DNA from: Macrostomum lignano
Lineage: Eukaryota
Direction of reading: 5' to 3'
Assembly: GCA_002269645.1 (NCBI GenBank)
Contig: NIVC01004389.1
Span: forward strand, 1 to 47,597
DNA: 47,597 nt
This document shows, piece by piece, positions 33,985 through 45,859 of the stretch (the stretch's first letter is position 1; each line of letters opens with the position of its first letter). The position numbers were made by a program, and so were the translations under genes. The notes beneath the pieces were generated by a model that ran no database searches, was not told where the DNA came from, and was given only the letters and a program-made list of their open reading frames with translations.

Positions 33985-35930
33985 CATCTGTCTGTCTGTC
34001 TGCCTGTCTGTCTGTCCGTCTGTCTGTGTGTCTGTCTGTCTGTCTGTCCGTCCGTCTGTCTGTCTCACAGTGTCAGTCAGACTCCCAGACAGCTGACCTG
34101 CAGCGCATCGGTGCCCAGCTGTCCGTACTCGGAGTTGCCCCAGCCGTAGACGCAGCCGTCCTCGCCCAGCGCCAGCACGGTGTCGGCTCGGCAGGCCAGA
34201 TCGGCCACCGGGGCACCGACGTCAACCAGCTGAAATCGGTCGGAGTTGTCGAAGCCGCCCAAGCCGAGCTGGCCGTCGGCGCCGAGGCCGCAGCTGTAGA
34301 CTCGGCCGTCGGCAGTCAGCAGGTAGGTGCTGTCCTGGCCGCAGACCAGCCGCTGCACAGACTCGGGCGGGCAGGGCAGCGCCAGCCTGGCCACGGCAGC
34401 GGATTCTCCGCCGGCCGGCCGGCCGCACTGTCCGAAGGCATTGTTGCCGAACGCGTAGGCGCCGTGACTGGTCACCAGCAGGGAGTGCGCCCGGCCGGCC
34501 GACAAGCGCAGCAGGCGGTACCGGCCGGACGCCAGCTCGGCCGGGTGCACCGGAAGGCGGACCTGAGTCGGCCGGAGCACCAGACGGTGCCTGGCGACGC
34601 CTGAAGACGACGAGTTTAATGACGACGACAATAATATGTCCTGGGCGGGGTCGGCGCCGTCGGAGACTCTGGTTTGCAGCGGCCCCAACTGGCCGTCGTT
34701 ATTGGCGCCGCAGGCCATCAGGATGCCGCGGTTGGCGCCGCGGCGGCAGGCCAGCAGGGTGAAGCCGTAGCCGGCGGCGCCATCTACGACGCTGAGGCCG
34801 CGAGACGACAATTCGGCTAGACGGGCGGGGGCCAGCACCTGCGCGGTGGGTGGCGAGGGCGGAGCTAATGTCAGTAGAACGACCAGGGTTTTTCGAAGGC
34901 TCAAATTTAACACAAAACCAGCTGACTTAATATATGTCAAAAGTCATTACTAATTGTCAGGAGGGATTAGCATGTGTCATGGGATCTGCATGTGTCAGGA
35001 GGGATCAGCATGTGTCATGGGATCTGCATGTGTCACGAGGGATCAGCATGTGTCATGGGATCTCCATGTGTCAGAAAGGAATCAACGTGTCAGGAGGGAT
35101 AAGCATGTGTCAGAAAGGAATCAACATGTGTCAGGAGGGATCAGCATGAATCAGGAGGGATCAGCATGTGTCTGGAGGAATCAGCATGTGTCAGGAGGAA
35201 TCAGCATGTATCAGGAGGGATCAGCATGTGTCAGGAGGGATCAGCATGTATCAGGAGTGATCAGCATGTGTCAGGAGGGATCAGCATGTATCAGGAGTGA
35301 TCAGCATGTGTCAGGAGGGATCAGCATGTATCAGGAGGGATCAGCATGTGTCAGGAGGGATCAGCATGTATCAGGAGTGATCAGCATGTGTCTGGAGGGA
35401 TCAAAATGTGTCAGGAGGGATCAGCATGTGTCAGGAGGGATCAGCATGTGTCAGAAGGGATCAGCATGTGTCAGGAGGGATCAGCATGTGTCAGGAGGGA
35501 TCAGCATGTGTCGGAAGGGATCAGCATGTGTCAGGAGGGATCAGCATGTGTCAGAAGGGATCAGTATGTGTCAGGAGGGATTACTACCTGACAGGGTTCA
35601 GCAGTCAGAGATTTAACCGACCTGTTCACGCAGCGGCCTGCCTGGCGTGGGCTGGGCGAACCGGGCGATGCCCAGGGCGCCGGTCACCGGCCAGCCGCAG
35701 GCGTACAGCCGCTGCCTGGCCGACGTCGACCGGCGACCGGCGGTCAAATCGAATTCCGTAGTGGCGCGCTCGATACGCCGCCTGACTATTGATTTGCATC
35801 GGCGCGGATGATTTGACGCCAGCGCCTGGCGCAGGCAGCGAGCGATAGCGCCGCCACTTCCGCTGCAGTGAAACTGATTGTGATTGAGGCATCAGTAATA
35901 TTGCAATGGCTGGGCTTCATTACCAACCAT
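33106..35930 (-). CDS. RCC1L: RCC1-like protein, RCC1L/WBSCR16 type (mitochondrial); start codon uncertain
   Basis: Phase-0 exons: about 35862-35622 (..RLYACGWPVTGALGIARF..), 34838-34098 (..GAAGYGFTLLAC..GANNDGQLG..WGNSEYGQLG) and 33549-33106 (VWGYGRLGLGP..IPDGLFG..GMYHFAAVTNSGSLYTWG..FPLQV..CGVDHTIICGTAFA*). These match RCC1L motifs from recall (FVWGFSFSGALG, ACGYGFTLL, WGNSEY, CGVDH). Possible 7-nt first exon ATGGTTG at 35930-35924. Confidence 0.87.
33591..34066. repeat. Intronic (GTCT)n microsatellite preceded by 12-bp GTCTGTCTTGGT units
   Basis: Direct reading; fills RCC1L intron 33550-34097. Confidence 0.96.
34950..35582. repeat. 20-bp intronic minisatellite (TCAGCATGTGTCAGGAGGGA)
   Basis: Direct reading; fills RCC1L intron 34839-35621. 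Confidence 0.96.
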
Positions 35931-35978
35931 GTCAATAGACTGAAATAGGCCTCGATAATATCGATCCCTACTCAGCGA

Positions 35979-36700
35979 AATCTACCCACATCCAATCTAC
36001 ATGAGAATCTACCTTCATTTAATCTACAGAAGAATCTGCCCATACGAATCTACAGTAGAATCTACCCATATCCATTCTACAGGAGAATCTACCCATATCC
36101 ATTCTATAGGAGAATCTACCCGCATCCAATCTACAAGAGAATCTACCCATATCCATTCTATAGGAGAATCTACCCATATCCATTCTACAGGAGAATCTAC
36201 CCATATCCATTCTACAGGAAAATCTACCCGCCTCCAATTTACAGGAGAATCTACCCATATCCATTCTACAGGAGAATCTACCCATAACCAATCTACAGGA
36301 GAATCTACCCGCATCCAATCTACAGGAGAATCTACTCATATCCATTCTATAGGAGAATCTACTCATATCCATTCTATAGGAGAATCTACCCATATCAATT
36401 CTATAGGAGAATCTACTCATATCCAATCTACAGGAGAATCTACCCATATCCATTCTACAGGAGAATCTACCCATAACCAATCTACAGGAGAATCTACCCA
36501 CATCCAATCTACAGGAGGATCTACCCACATCCAATCTACAGGAGGATCTACCCACATCCAATCTACAGGAGGATCTACCCACATCCAATCTACAGGAGGA
36601 TCTACCCACATCCAATCTACAGGAGGATCTACCCACATCCAATCTACAGGAGGATCTACCCACATCCAATCTACAGGAGGATCTACTCACATGATTCTAC
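35979..36700. repeat. 27-bp minisatellite (GAGAATCTACCCATATCCATTCTACAG), homogenised variant at the right end
   Basis: Direct reading; begins about 50 bp upstream of the RCC1L 5' end. Confidence 0.95.
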
Positions 36701-38589
36701 AGTTTAGAAGAATATACATACGCTCGTATATGTAATCTATACAGAATCTACCGACAAATCTAAAACAATCTATTAACACAAATCTACATAAAGTCTACCC
36801 ACACAAAAAATGAAGCACTCAAAACATTACTGCAATAATTAGCATTTTTTGTTAAGAAGTTCTTGAATAACTAAAGAAGCCAGCGGTAAAATTGACTCAA
36901 TTTAATTTCAAATGTTTTAGCACTGTTTTATTAGGCACCAGTCAGTCATTCGCGCAGAATGAGTATAGTTAATGATCGAAGCGCTACAATAATCAATACG
37001 GGGGGACAACAGTAAAAGCTAGGAAAAAATTATAAAGTTCATATGCCAATAACAATTAAAGCATTAAAAACAGTGCTGAAGCAGACACTACAGATTTAAT
37101 TAAACGTGAAAAAGGCAAAACAAAGCAATATTGATTATTTGTGAGTAAAGATTTTAATAACAGCATTAGGGGGGGGGGGGGAAGAGTAAAATTTTTGGCA
37201 AAATTTTAGTATAAAAAATGAGCAATGCAACAGCGTACGTAACAATTCTGAATCAACAATCAACAGATTTTGCACTGGGTTAATGAAAATCGATTTAGCT
37301 CGTATTAGACTAGTTCGCAACAATACCGCTGTAGATTATAATAACTGTTAATATTTGCACGCCATTTAAAATTATTTCATTAAATAAGATTTATAAAAAT
37401 ATACATGTAAAATTAATACACTTTTTTAATTAAAAGTGGATGATGTAGCATTTATATTTTTTCAAGCATATTTAAGAAGCGGCCAATCATAGTCGACACA
37501 ATGCTTCGACGATTGGCTATGGGCAAAACCGTGTGTACTGCAATTCAGACTTGAAACTCAGAGCCATTAGACAAAAGTTGTTTATTTTGTGACACAGACT
37601 GTGACTAAACTGTCAGACCACATGTGCTCAATCAGATATGACATCCCCACGCCTGACTCCCCGATTCTTTGCAGTACCATGGAGTGCCAATTCTAGATTG
37701 ATTTAGTCTGGTGGCCTCTCCAGTTCCATTTACACGGCTGGCATGACTTGTCTAAATTGAACTGCGTGTATGGCCAAGCACCATAGACTGTTTTGACCAT
37801 AGACGAAAGTAGAAGCATTGAATATGATTGGCAGTGTCTTAAAATGAATGCTCGAACTCCCCTTCTTTTATTGGTTTTATCTTTGGTCATGAGCCAACCC
37901 AAAATTTGGAGTAGATCTCTGCTATTTGGTATTCCATCCGATCCCTTGGTCCCCCTGCTGTCTCCTCTGGTTGTCTCCCTGCTTTTGTGTCTCTGCTCTC
38001 ATCACTGACTGTAGATTGAGTATAGTTCTGGGAAGGGTCCGTCCCGAATCGGGGAAAACCGGCTGAGCCCGGCGTCCTTTTACTCTTTGTTGCTGTTATG
38101 TTGTTGTTGGGTGGCCTGAGGGCCGTCTTTGCATCCGTCCACCTGATTCTACTGGAGGGTCCTCGTGTCCCCATCAGTAGTTGAGCTCTGCTGACTTCTA
38201 GGGCAAGTCCCTAAGCCCCAATCCTGGCTACCCAGGATTTATGCCCCTGGTGGAATTGCCGTTATAGATCCCGCGACAGAGCCCTTCCCTGAGCTGATCT
38301 GAGGTGAGCCTAGCTCTCCACCCCCGTTTAACAACTCTTAATTAGTGGCAACATTTCCAAACGTCCAGATCTCATTTACAAGCATTGTTCTTATGCGCTA
38401 ACGTTTTTATTAGATTTCATTTTCATATTAGCAAATCGCGCAATCAATTTTAAGCAACTTAATGGCAACATTTGGTTAGGCATAGCGCGGGAGAGTATTC
38501 AACAAAAATAAACATGCAGCCATGGGTAATACAAAGGCCCGGCATAGCATACCACCGAGAAAGTTAATAACTCATGCAACTGAAACCTG

Positions 38590-41500
38590 TCACACTTCTT
38601 GGGATTCACCGAAGGGAATCAATGGCACCGAACACTCCTGTCTAGCCGGTCCAGCTCCATCTTCCGAGTGCAAAGTGCGCATCCAAAATACGGTGTGAGA
38701 ATTATCAACAAACAGCAGATCTTGGCCATTGTTGAGCACGTGAACTTTGCTGACACTCTGACGCGAGTACAAGGACACCGTGCCAAGCTTCAAGTTTGGT
38801 GTCTGCGGCGCTAATCTCGCCGCGCCGAGGATTTCCTGCTCGGGCAGGCAGCACACGTGCACACAGTCTGACGCTATGATTAGCTTGTGGTGACGCGTCC
38901 CATCCTCATCTGTGTGCATAGTCCAAGCAATGCAGCCGATATTGCTTGGCTGCTGTGGGAGGCCGATTTGCACAGGCTGACAATTTACCAAATCGATCAG
39001 ATGGCCATCTCGTAGGGCCCACAATGAGAACCGATCGTCGTCAAAGGCGGCAGCCAACAGGTAACAGTCCTGGATAATCTGATGCGAAAACTGTAAGCAG
39101 CGCAGTGAACAATTGCGGGATTCATCCTCTATTCGGCTGCGCGTTGCCAAAATGCTAGCCGTATTATCAGCTGCCACCTTCCAGAGAATCAAATTGCCTA
39201 GGTCTGTTCCGCCGGCAACGAAACCACTAAGAGCGGGACAAAAGTTACAGCACAGTAGGCTTTCTTGAAGTTGATCGCCAATAGAGCCTCCGAAATTCTC
39301 ATTGACGCACAGAGAATCGGGCAATAAGTAGTTCCAGCCACGATCAAACAACAATAGAGCGGCGACATTGGCAGGTGGCTGAACTGAATCAATAGAATAG
39401 AGTTGCTTATGAGACAAATCTACTTGTTTGACGCACAAAGAATCGTGAAACTCAACAAGCTTGTTGCTTCTGTTCGATCCGATGAAACCTTGACAGTTGG
39501 GCAGAAAGACAATGTCAACAATTTCAACATTGATGGGTTTGAAATCGAATGTCCAGACATCGTTGAATCTTTTTGCGATAACAACTTCATTGGAGAAAGT
39601 AAAGACGGCGTAGTTTCCAGTAGGAGCAATACGAATAGCAGCGGCCTTTGAAAATGGGTGTTCTTTTCCACTTAGCTTGCCGCTTTCGTCATTTTGCAAG
39701 TGATTGCCGCTTGACTTAAGAATAAGCAGAGATCTTCGGACTGATTGGCAAGCGACAACAATCTCGCCATTGACATTGACAGCATCAATCACAGTTCGCA
39801 GTCGAAGAGTAGCATTTTCCGGTCCGAAAAAAATAGAGCTACTACGCTGATCATCAGCGTAAAAAGGTGTGGTACTGAGACTGGTCTGCCAGCAAGTAAG
39901 AACACCTTCGGTTGACATCTCGGAAATTGAATATAAGAATGACTTTCCCAAAGTTTGAAAAGCCAGACACTTAGTAATGCTACCTGAGCCATTTAACTCG
40001 TCTACTAGCTGCAGCCTGCAGGATGACTCAGTCAGATTCTCCACCCTGTAGAGATAAATGTGCGCTCGTGTGCTAGTGCCAACAGCTATATAAACACCTT
40101 CACTACTGATTGCAATGCTCGTAAAGGATGTGCTCTTTGGTCCAAATTCACGGACTAACATTTGTTGAGTTTCCGGGTGCCAAAGATGAATTTCGTTGTT
40201 TGCAATCGATGCAGCAAATCGCGGCTCAGGACGTGGCTCAAAAGCGCAGCGAATGGGATTCGAATTCTTAGTGTGTCCCGAGTACTTCTTAATGTCAAAA
40301 CGACTTTTGTAGACGTAAACACAGTCATTTGGACCAGAGACGGCAATTGAAGTTGAATACATTGATTGTGAAGCTGCAATGTGGTTAATCTGGGACTGTG
40401 CGCCTGCTGGAATATTCTGATCTATGTCGAATTCGGAGCTTAGGTTGGTCACTCGATCAGCCAAGGTAAACACCTTGATATTTCCGTCACTGCTTCCAAC
40501 CAGAAGCTTGGCGTCCGACTCAAAGCACATGGCAGTAAAAAAAGAATTCTCCTTGTCCTCCTCTTTGTAGACCGGTTTGTTTGGAGTGAGTTCTAGCGGG
40601 GATTTTTCAGTTGTGCCAGATCTGGGCCGGCCTTGAGGAAAATGCAAGCTCCCCTTTTCAGAAGGTAAAGGCGCAGCTGGGGAAGGTCGAATACCCACTT
40701 CAAAAGCACTAGGAGGCAGTTTGAAGCGAAACAATGCGAATTCAGTCAGGACTAACAGTGACTGATTGTCAGGACTGAAGAGAGCAGAAACAATTTGAAT
40801 GCTGTCCTGTGCATCGCCTCGAGCACTGCTGCAGGCCATGTCCTCTTTGCGGACACGGAAGTTGCGTAAACCCGTTTTTAGGTCTAAAACAACTGCAGAT
40901 GAATCGCTTGCAACAACAGCGTGCTTACAATCACGATCTAGAGCGAATGTAGAAACATCGCTGTCAACTTTGAATGTATTGTAGATCTGCTCTTCCGTCT
41001 GGTCGACATTAAGCCAATAGTAAAAGCAGAAAAACTGTCTATGCTTTTTAGCAGCCTCCACGGCACACTCGCGAACAGAGTTCTCATCTGGTAGAGTGAG
41101 AGCCAGTTGAATCACGGCCGAGTCAGATCGCCTAGTAGCCAAATTGGTTGCCTGAATGTGAAGAATCGGCGATCGGAAAAATTCGACGAAGTCTGTCAAG
41201 CTTTTCCTTGCTGACTCGTCAATCATAAGGATCTTAATGGAATACTGGTAAACAAACGTCAGGTTCTCGGCACCAATCCGACAGCAAAGCCACGAAATAA
41301 AGTCGAAGTCACGCAGGATACTTAACTTTCTGTCTAGCAGAACTGCATCAGAACCGACTAAGTGGTAGACAAAATTGTAGGCCAAATAGTGTATTTGATC
41401 GTTGCTGTCAACATCCATCCAACTACCCATCGTTTCCCGATGGCTGAGCACTCTTTCGACAAACTGATTGTTGAAGCTCGTTTGTTTTTCTTTGTACTCA

Positions 41501-42914
41501 CTTTTCATAGCACTCACAATTAAGTCATGAAGAGTAAGGAGCTCTTCATTCGGCCGGTACTTCTCTATCGTGGCAATAGAACGACGAACAAACCCTTCCA
41601 TCACATCTAAAGAGTCATCCACAGACAGTGGGTTGCCATCTTCGTCTCGCCAACAATATGTTGAAAGAAATCGCGCAGATAAAAAAGTGTCCTCAGGAAA
41701 AATAGACAAGTGAAGATACCGTTCCTTTTGCTCTTCATCTAGATCGTCAATACTAACTAGAATGGCATCTATGATGCTTCCATACTCATAATCACCCAGC
41801 TCTAAGTCGACTTTCTTAAAAAGATCAGTTTTAAACTTTTTCAAATATCTCTCGAATTGAGAGAGTCGGCCACGAAGAAGGCCACCGAAGATGGAAACAA
41901 TAAAAGGATTTCCTTTGCACTTGGAATGAAGCCTTCGAACACGCTCCATGTCTTCATCGTTGAACGAATCAGAGACTTGACCAGGTGAAACTTCGCTGTT
42001 GATAATCTAGTAAGAAGCTTAGAAGTCAATTCTTCGGGTAAACCTTCATCAACGGAGATTTTCATGCATCGCTGCGCATCTCCAGGCTGAATTTTGCTGA
42101 AAATATCGGCCTTTCTTGATGTAACAACGATTCTTGCTTGAACATTGAAATAGCGCAAAATTTTTGGCTCCCAAACGTCATCTAGAACGATAAGTCCGCA
42201 CGGGTACTTTTCTAGCATGATTTTGCGAAACAAATTTTTTGCGTCATCAAGGCTTGTTGGAGGCGACGCGCGCAGCGTAGGATCCAAACGGATGCAAATG
42301 TTCTGCATCTTAGCCAGGAGCATCGACTCCAATTCGTCGGTGCGCAGGTTGCCTATTGTGAACCAAAATACTCGATTGAAAAAATAGGAGGCAATTGGAC
42401 TTCCGTCAGAGGCCTTGCCTCTTATTGCTTGAGAAACAACTACCGACTTTCCAGCACCGCCGTGGCCTTTCACGAGAATCCAGCCCCCATCAGAGCGGAC
42501 CGATAGCTTTACCAAGCTTTCCTTGAGTTCTGCCACGTACTTAAGCTCAATGTTACCCACTGGAGTGATAGGAATACCACCTTCGATGAAGACGCCTTCG
42601 TAATCTTTAGTTGACTTAGTCAGATAAATTTGCGGTTTTTCACGGAAATTAGCCAACTCCTTTGACAGAAAATCGTAAGTAGGTTCTAGACTTGAAATGA
42701 GACAGTCGAATGTTCTCACATCATTTTTGTCCACAAGAATATCCACCAATGTGCTAGTCTGTCTATCTGTACTTCCAGCTCTGTTAATTATCTGCTTCTC
42801 CTCAGGGGAAATGAGACCAAAGCTTAACAGAGAATCTTCGATGTCGTGAAAATTGACATCTCGAACCAGCGCACCCTTCAGTGCCATTAGGGCAGCCTTT
42901 TGTCGCAGTTCCAT
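38590..42914 (-). CDS. APAF1-like: Apaf-1-like CARD / NB-ARC / WD40 apoptosome protein, intronless, about 1441 aa, with one frameshift at about 42007 (assembly error or pseudogene)
   Basis: N-terminal CARD-like helices (ALVRDVNFHDIEDSLLSFGLIS..STLVDILVDK). Walker A GHGGAGKS, Walker B LIVLDDVW, IVVTSR, CKGNP (GxP) and LHDL (MHD-like) are present, followed by a long beta-propeller-like C-terminus. ORFs 42914-41841 and 41949-38590 join as ..KLLT-[AG]-IINSEVSPG..DMERVRRLHSKCKGNP with one base missing. Confidence 0.88.
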
Positions 42915-43246
42915 TGTGCAGCTGACAGATTAACCGCCAATGCTGCTTGAATTCTTATTAGTGCTTTCAAATGTTCGATTGCTGAATGCTATAATACAAT
43001 CATGAATACAGAAAACAAAAAACAATTAATAACCAATGCTAAATACAAAACACTATTGAAGCAAATGTTGGTCTATGCAGATAGCATTTCTTAGAAAAGG
43101 AAATCAATTGATGTGCCTTTCTGCTTAAACATGCCTAAAACTTCTCAACTTGAAAATTCATTAAAATTCAAATTGTATAAAAACCTGTTCTTGACCACTC
43201 AAGGAGTAACAAAAACTGAATAAACCCGTTGGAAAAGTTATGCACC

Positions 43247-43694
43247 TGCAGAGGCATAAAAGGTGAGCGAGGTGCACAAAAGAGGCACCTTAGTGGCCTA
43301 TTTCGTGCATGTTTTGGAAATGCACCTGAGTGCACCTTTTATGCCTAAATGTCACCAATATTTTTGAAAAGAGGCATGAAAGGTGTAAAATCGGTGAAGT
43401 GGTCAGGCAGTAGGTGAATTCTCAATTTTGATTGGTTGCGGCGGTAGGGGCAGTAAAGGTGCGTAAGGGGCACTGGAGGTGCACAAAAGGTGAACAGCAG
43501 GCTCACAAGTGAGGCACAGCAGGTGTAGGAAAGGTGCTGAAGGGGCGCAGAAAGTGCACGAAAGGTGAATAAGAGGTGTATAAGGTGTACATGTGCGGCG
43601 TAAATATGTATACAGGTGCATTTCCAAAACACGCTCGAAATATACCCCTAAAGTGCCTCTTCTGTGCACCTCGCTCACCTTTTATGCCTATGCA
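43247..43694. mobile_element. MITE-like element with about 40-bp TIRs; related inverted partial sequence at about 44010-44250
   Basis: AGGCATAAAAGGTGAGCGAGGTGCACAAAAGAGGCAC (from 43252) pairs with GTGCCTCTTCTGTGCACCTCGCTCACCTTTTATGCCT (to 43689), one mismatch. Interior rich in AGGTG/GTGCAC subrepeats. Confidence 0.7.
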
Positions 43695-45859
43695 CGAATT
43701 AACGCATTAAGAATTCGTAACAAAAAATTAACTGAGAGTTACATACTCGTATATTGCACGCACCGATTGAACATAGATTTATTTACACCTTTACTAATCG
43801 CTGCTATCCCCTTCCTGATCCTGACAAACCACGAAACTAAACATGTCCTATACTGATAAGTTTTAATGACTTTCAAATACTCAGGAAAAGTTCCGAAAAG
43901 TGATGAAAAGGCTTGCATTAGTGAGGAAAAATTTCGAATAGTGAGAAAAGGTAGCAAAGAACTTCGCCAGTTGAAACTTTAACGCCCCTTGCATTGCCTC
44001 TACGCTTAAAGTGCCCACTGTGCACCTTTTATTCACCTTTCGTGCCTCCAGTGCACACTGTACACTTTTTATGCACCTAAATCCCCTACGACACCTGTGC
44101 CCCTACCGCCTAGTTCGTGCCTTAAATTCACCTTCTGACCCTGCAGAGGCACTCAGGTGAACAAAAGGTGCACAAGTGGCACAAAATAGGCATAAGAGAG
44201 GCGAAAGTCAGGCAGAAGGTGCAAAACTCTTCACCTTTCATGCCTAGGGGCCTACTTTAAAAACTCAAAATCCAACGGGAAAGCTTAGGTTTGTAATGAA
44301 ACTGTATTCCTATGATCCTATATAGCTACATGCCTAAGATAAAAGTTTGCCTGCATGCTTATACACCTGTCAAATAAGGCAATTAGTGCTCTTTAGATTT
44401 GCTTCAATAGGGGACACAAAATTCTAGTAGAGATATAAAATCATAACATTTTGATTGAAAAATAAATACCCTTCCCCTAAAGTATCTTTAGTGGATGATA
44501 CACTCATATTATAACTTTTTTGTCAATAGTCTATGTTTACTCGTATATATTTATATTTGGATAAAGATATGCTTTTATAGGAAAAACCCAAATATAATAC
44601 AATAATAATGACAATTTTAGTCTATTAGTAAGCATTATAAGAAGCTTAATAAACTTTGTCATTGATCTATCCATTTTGTTCATATCATTTTTCAAAAGCA
44701 TATAAGGGTGAATCCAAAAATGAATACAGAAAATTTTTTGTGTCTTGCTAAAATTTTCAGCAAACAGAGAATTGTTGCAGCATCATTACAATAAAAAGAT
44801 GATTAGATAACTAATTTCTATGTAAAACATCATAAAATAGATTGGTAAGATGAAACGCAAAGGTTTATTTTGTAAAAAAGTTCGGAAAAATTCAACAAAA
44901 CGAATGTCTTTTTTGAAGCACCTTCTCTTTTAAATAACTATAATTTTACTAGTACTTAATGGGGATACTCTATTTTGGTGTCATTTTTTTCCTTTTATTC
45001 AAGTAAAGTTGTTTTACTACTTAATAATATTTAAAACGTGTCAGCCATATTGATTTTCAAGAAAAATGTGTGTCTCCCAATTTCATTGTCCATTTATCAT
45101 GCCTATATTGTCCACTGATTGATGCCTTGAATTTAATTTTGGTAAGTTGGTTGTATTTGCATTATTATATATTTTAACATTTCTTTTGTACTCATATTGT
45201 CATGTAATCTCTTAGACATTGATAAAGTTGTTCATGTCTGTACATTGCAAAAACATTTTTTGAGTTATACTCTAATAGCACAAAATGTCCACTTACCAAT
45301 GGCATCGATAGTGGACAAGTGACGTCGGTAAGTGGACAAGTAACGTTGGTGAGTGGACAAAGAGCATAAATGAGTGAATTAATTAGCTTTGCAAGCTAAT
45401 AAATTGACTTATAAGGTATTTTAACTATTTTAATGTATCTTTAAATAATTTTAAATCATCAAGTATCTATTCTTTTTGAAAATACATGAAGCTTTTCAGC
45501 TCTAAAGATCAGAAAACCAAATGAATCTTTAGTGACTCTCTAAAATATAAAATAGGCACTTTATTGTTTTAATTATTTGTTTTGTCTATTGTTAGGCTCA
45601 AAATCATTTTAAGATTTAAATTTATTATTAATATTTTATAGTATATTATTTTTAGAATATTTGTATTAACATGCTTATAAATTTTAATATTAATAGCCAC
45701 AAACTAATGTATATTCAAAGTAAAATTATATTAAGAGCTTTAGTATGCTTCAAGAGTTTTGAAATGTCAATTAAATATGTTAGCTAATTAACGATATTTT
45801 ATTTTAAACATATTGTTTCTTTTTTTATTGCAGACTTCAAGTCTTAAACCTGTGCTACT

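Noticed and set aside
36001-36735. 244-aa STGESTHIH repeat ORF resembling ice-nucleation or antifreeze proteins
   Set aside because: 27-bp minisatellite whose period is divisible by three; no signal peptide or non-repetitive domain, and it directly abuts the RCC1L 5' end.
41990-42020. Programmed -1 ribosomal frameshift in the Apaf-1-like gene
   Set aside because: No X XXY YYZ slippery heptamer in the narrow window where the frames must switch.
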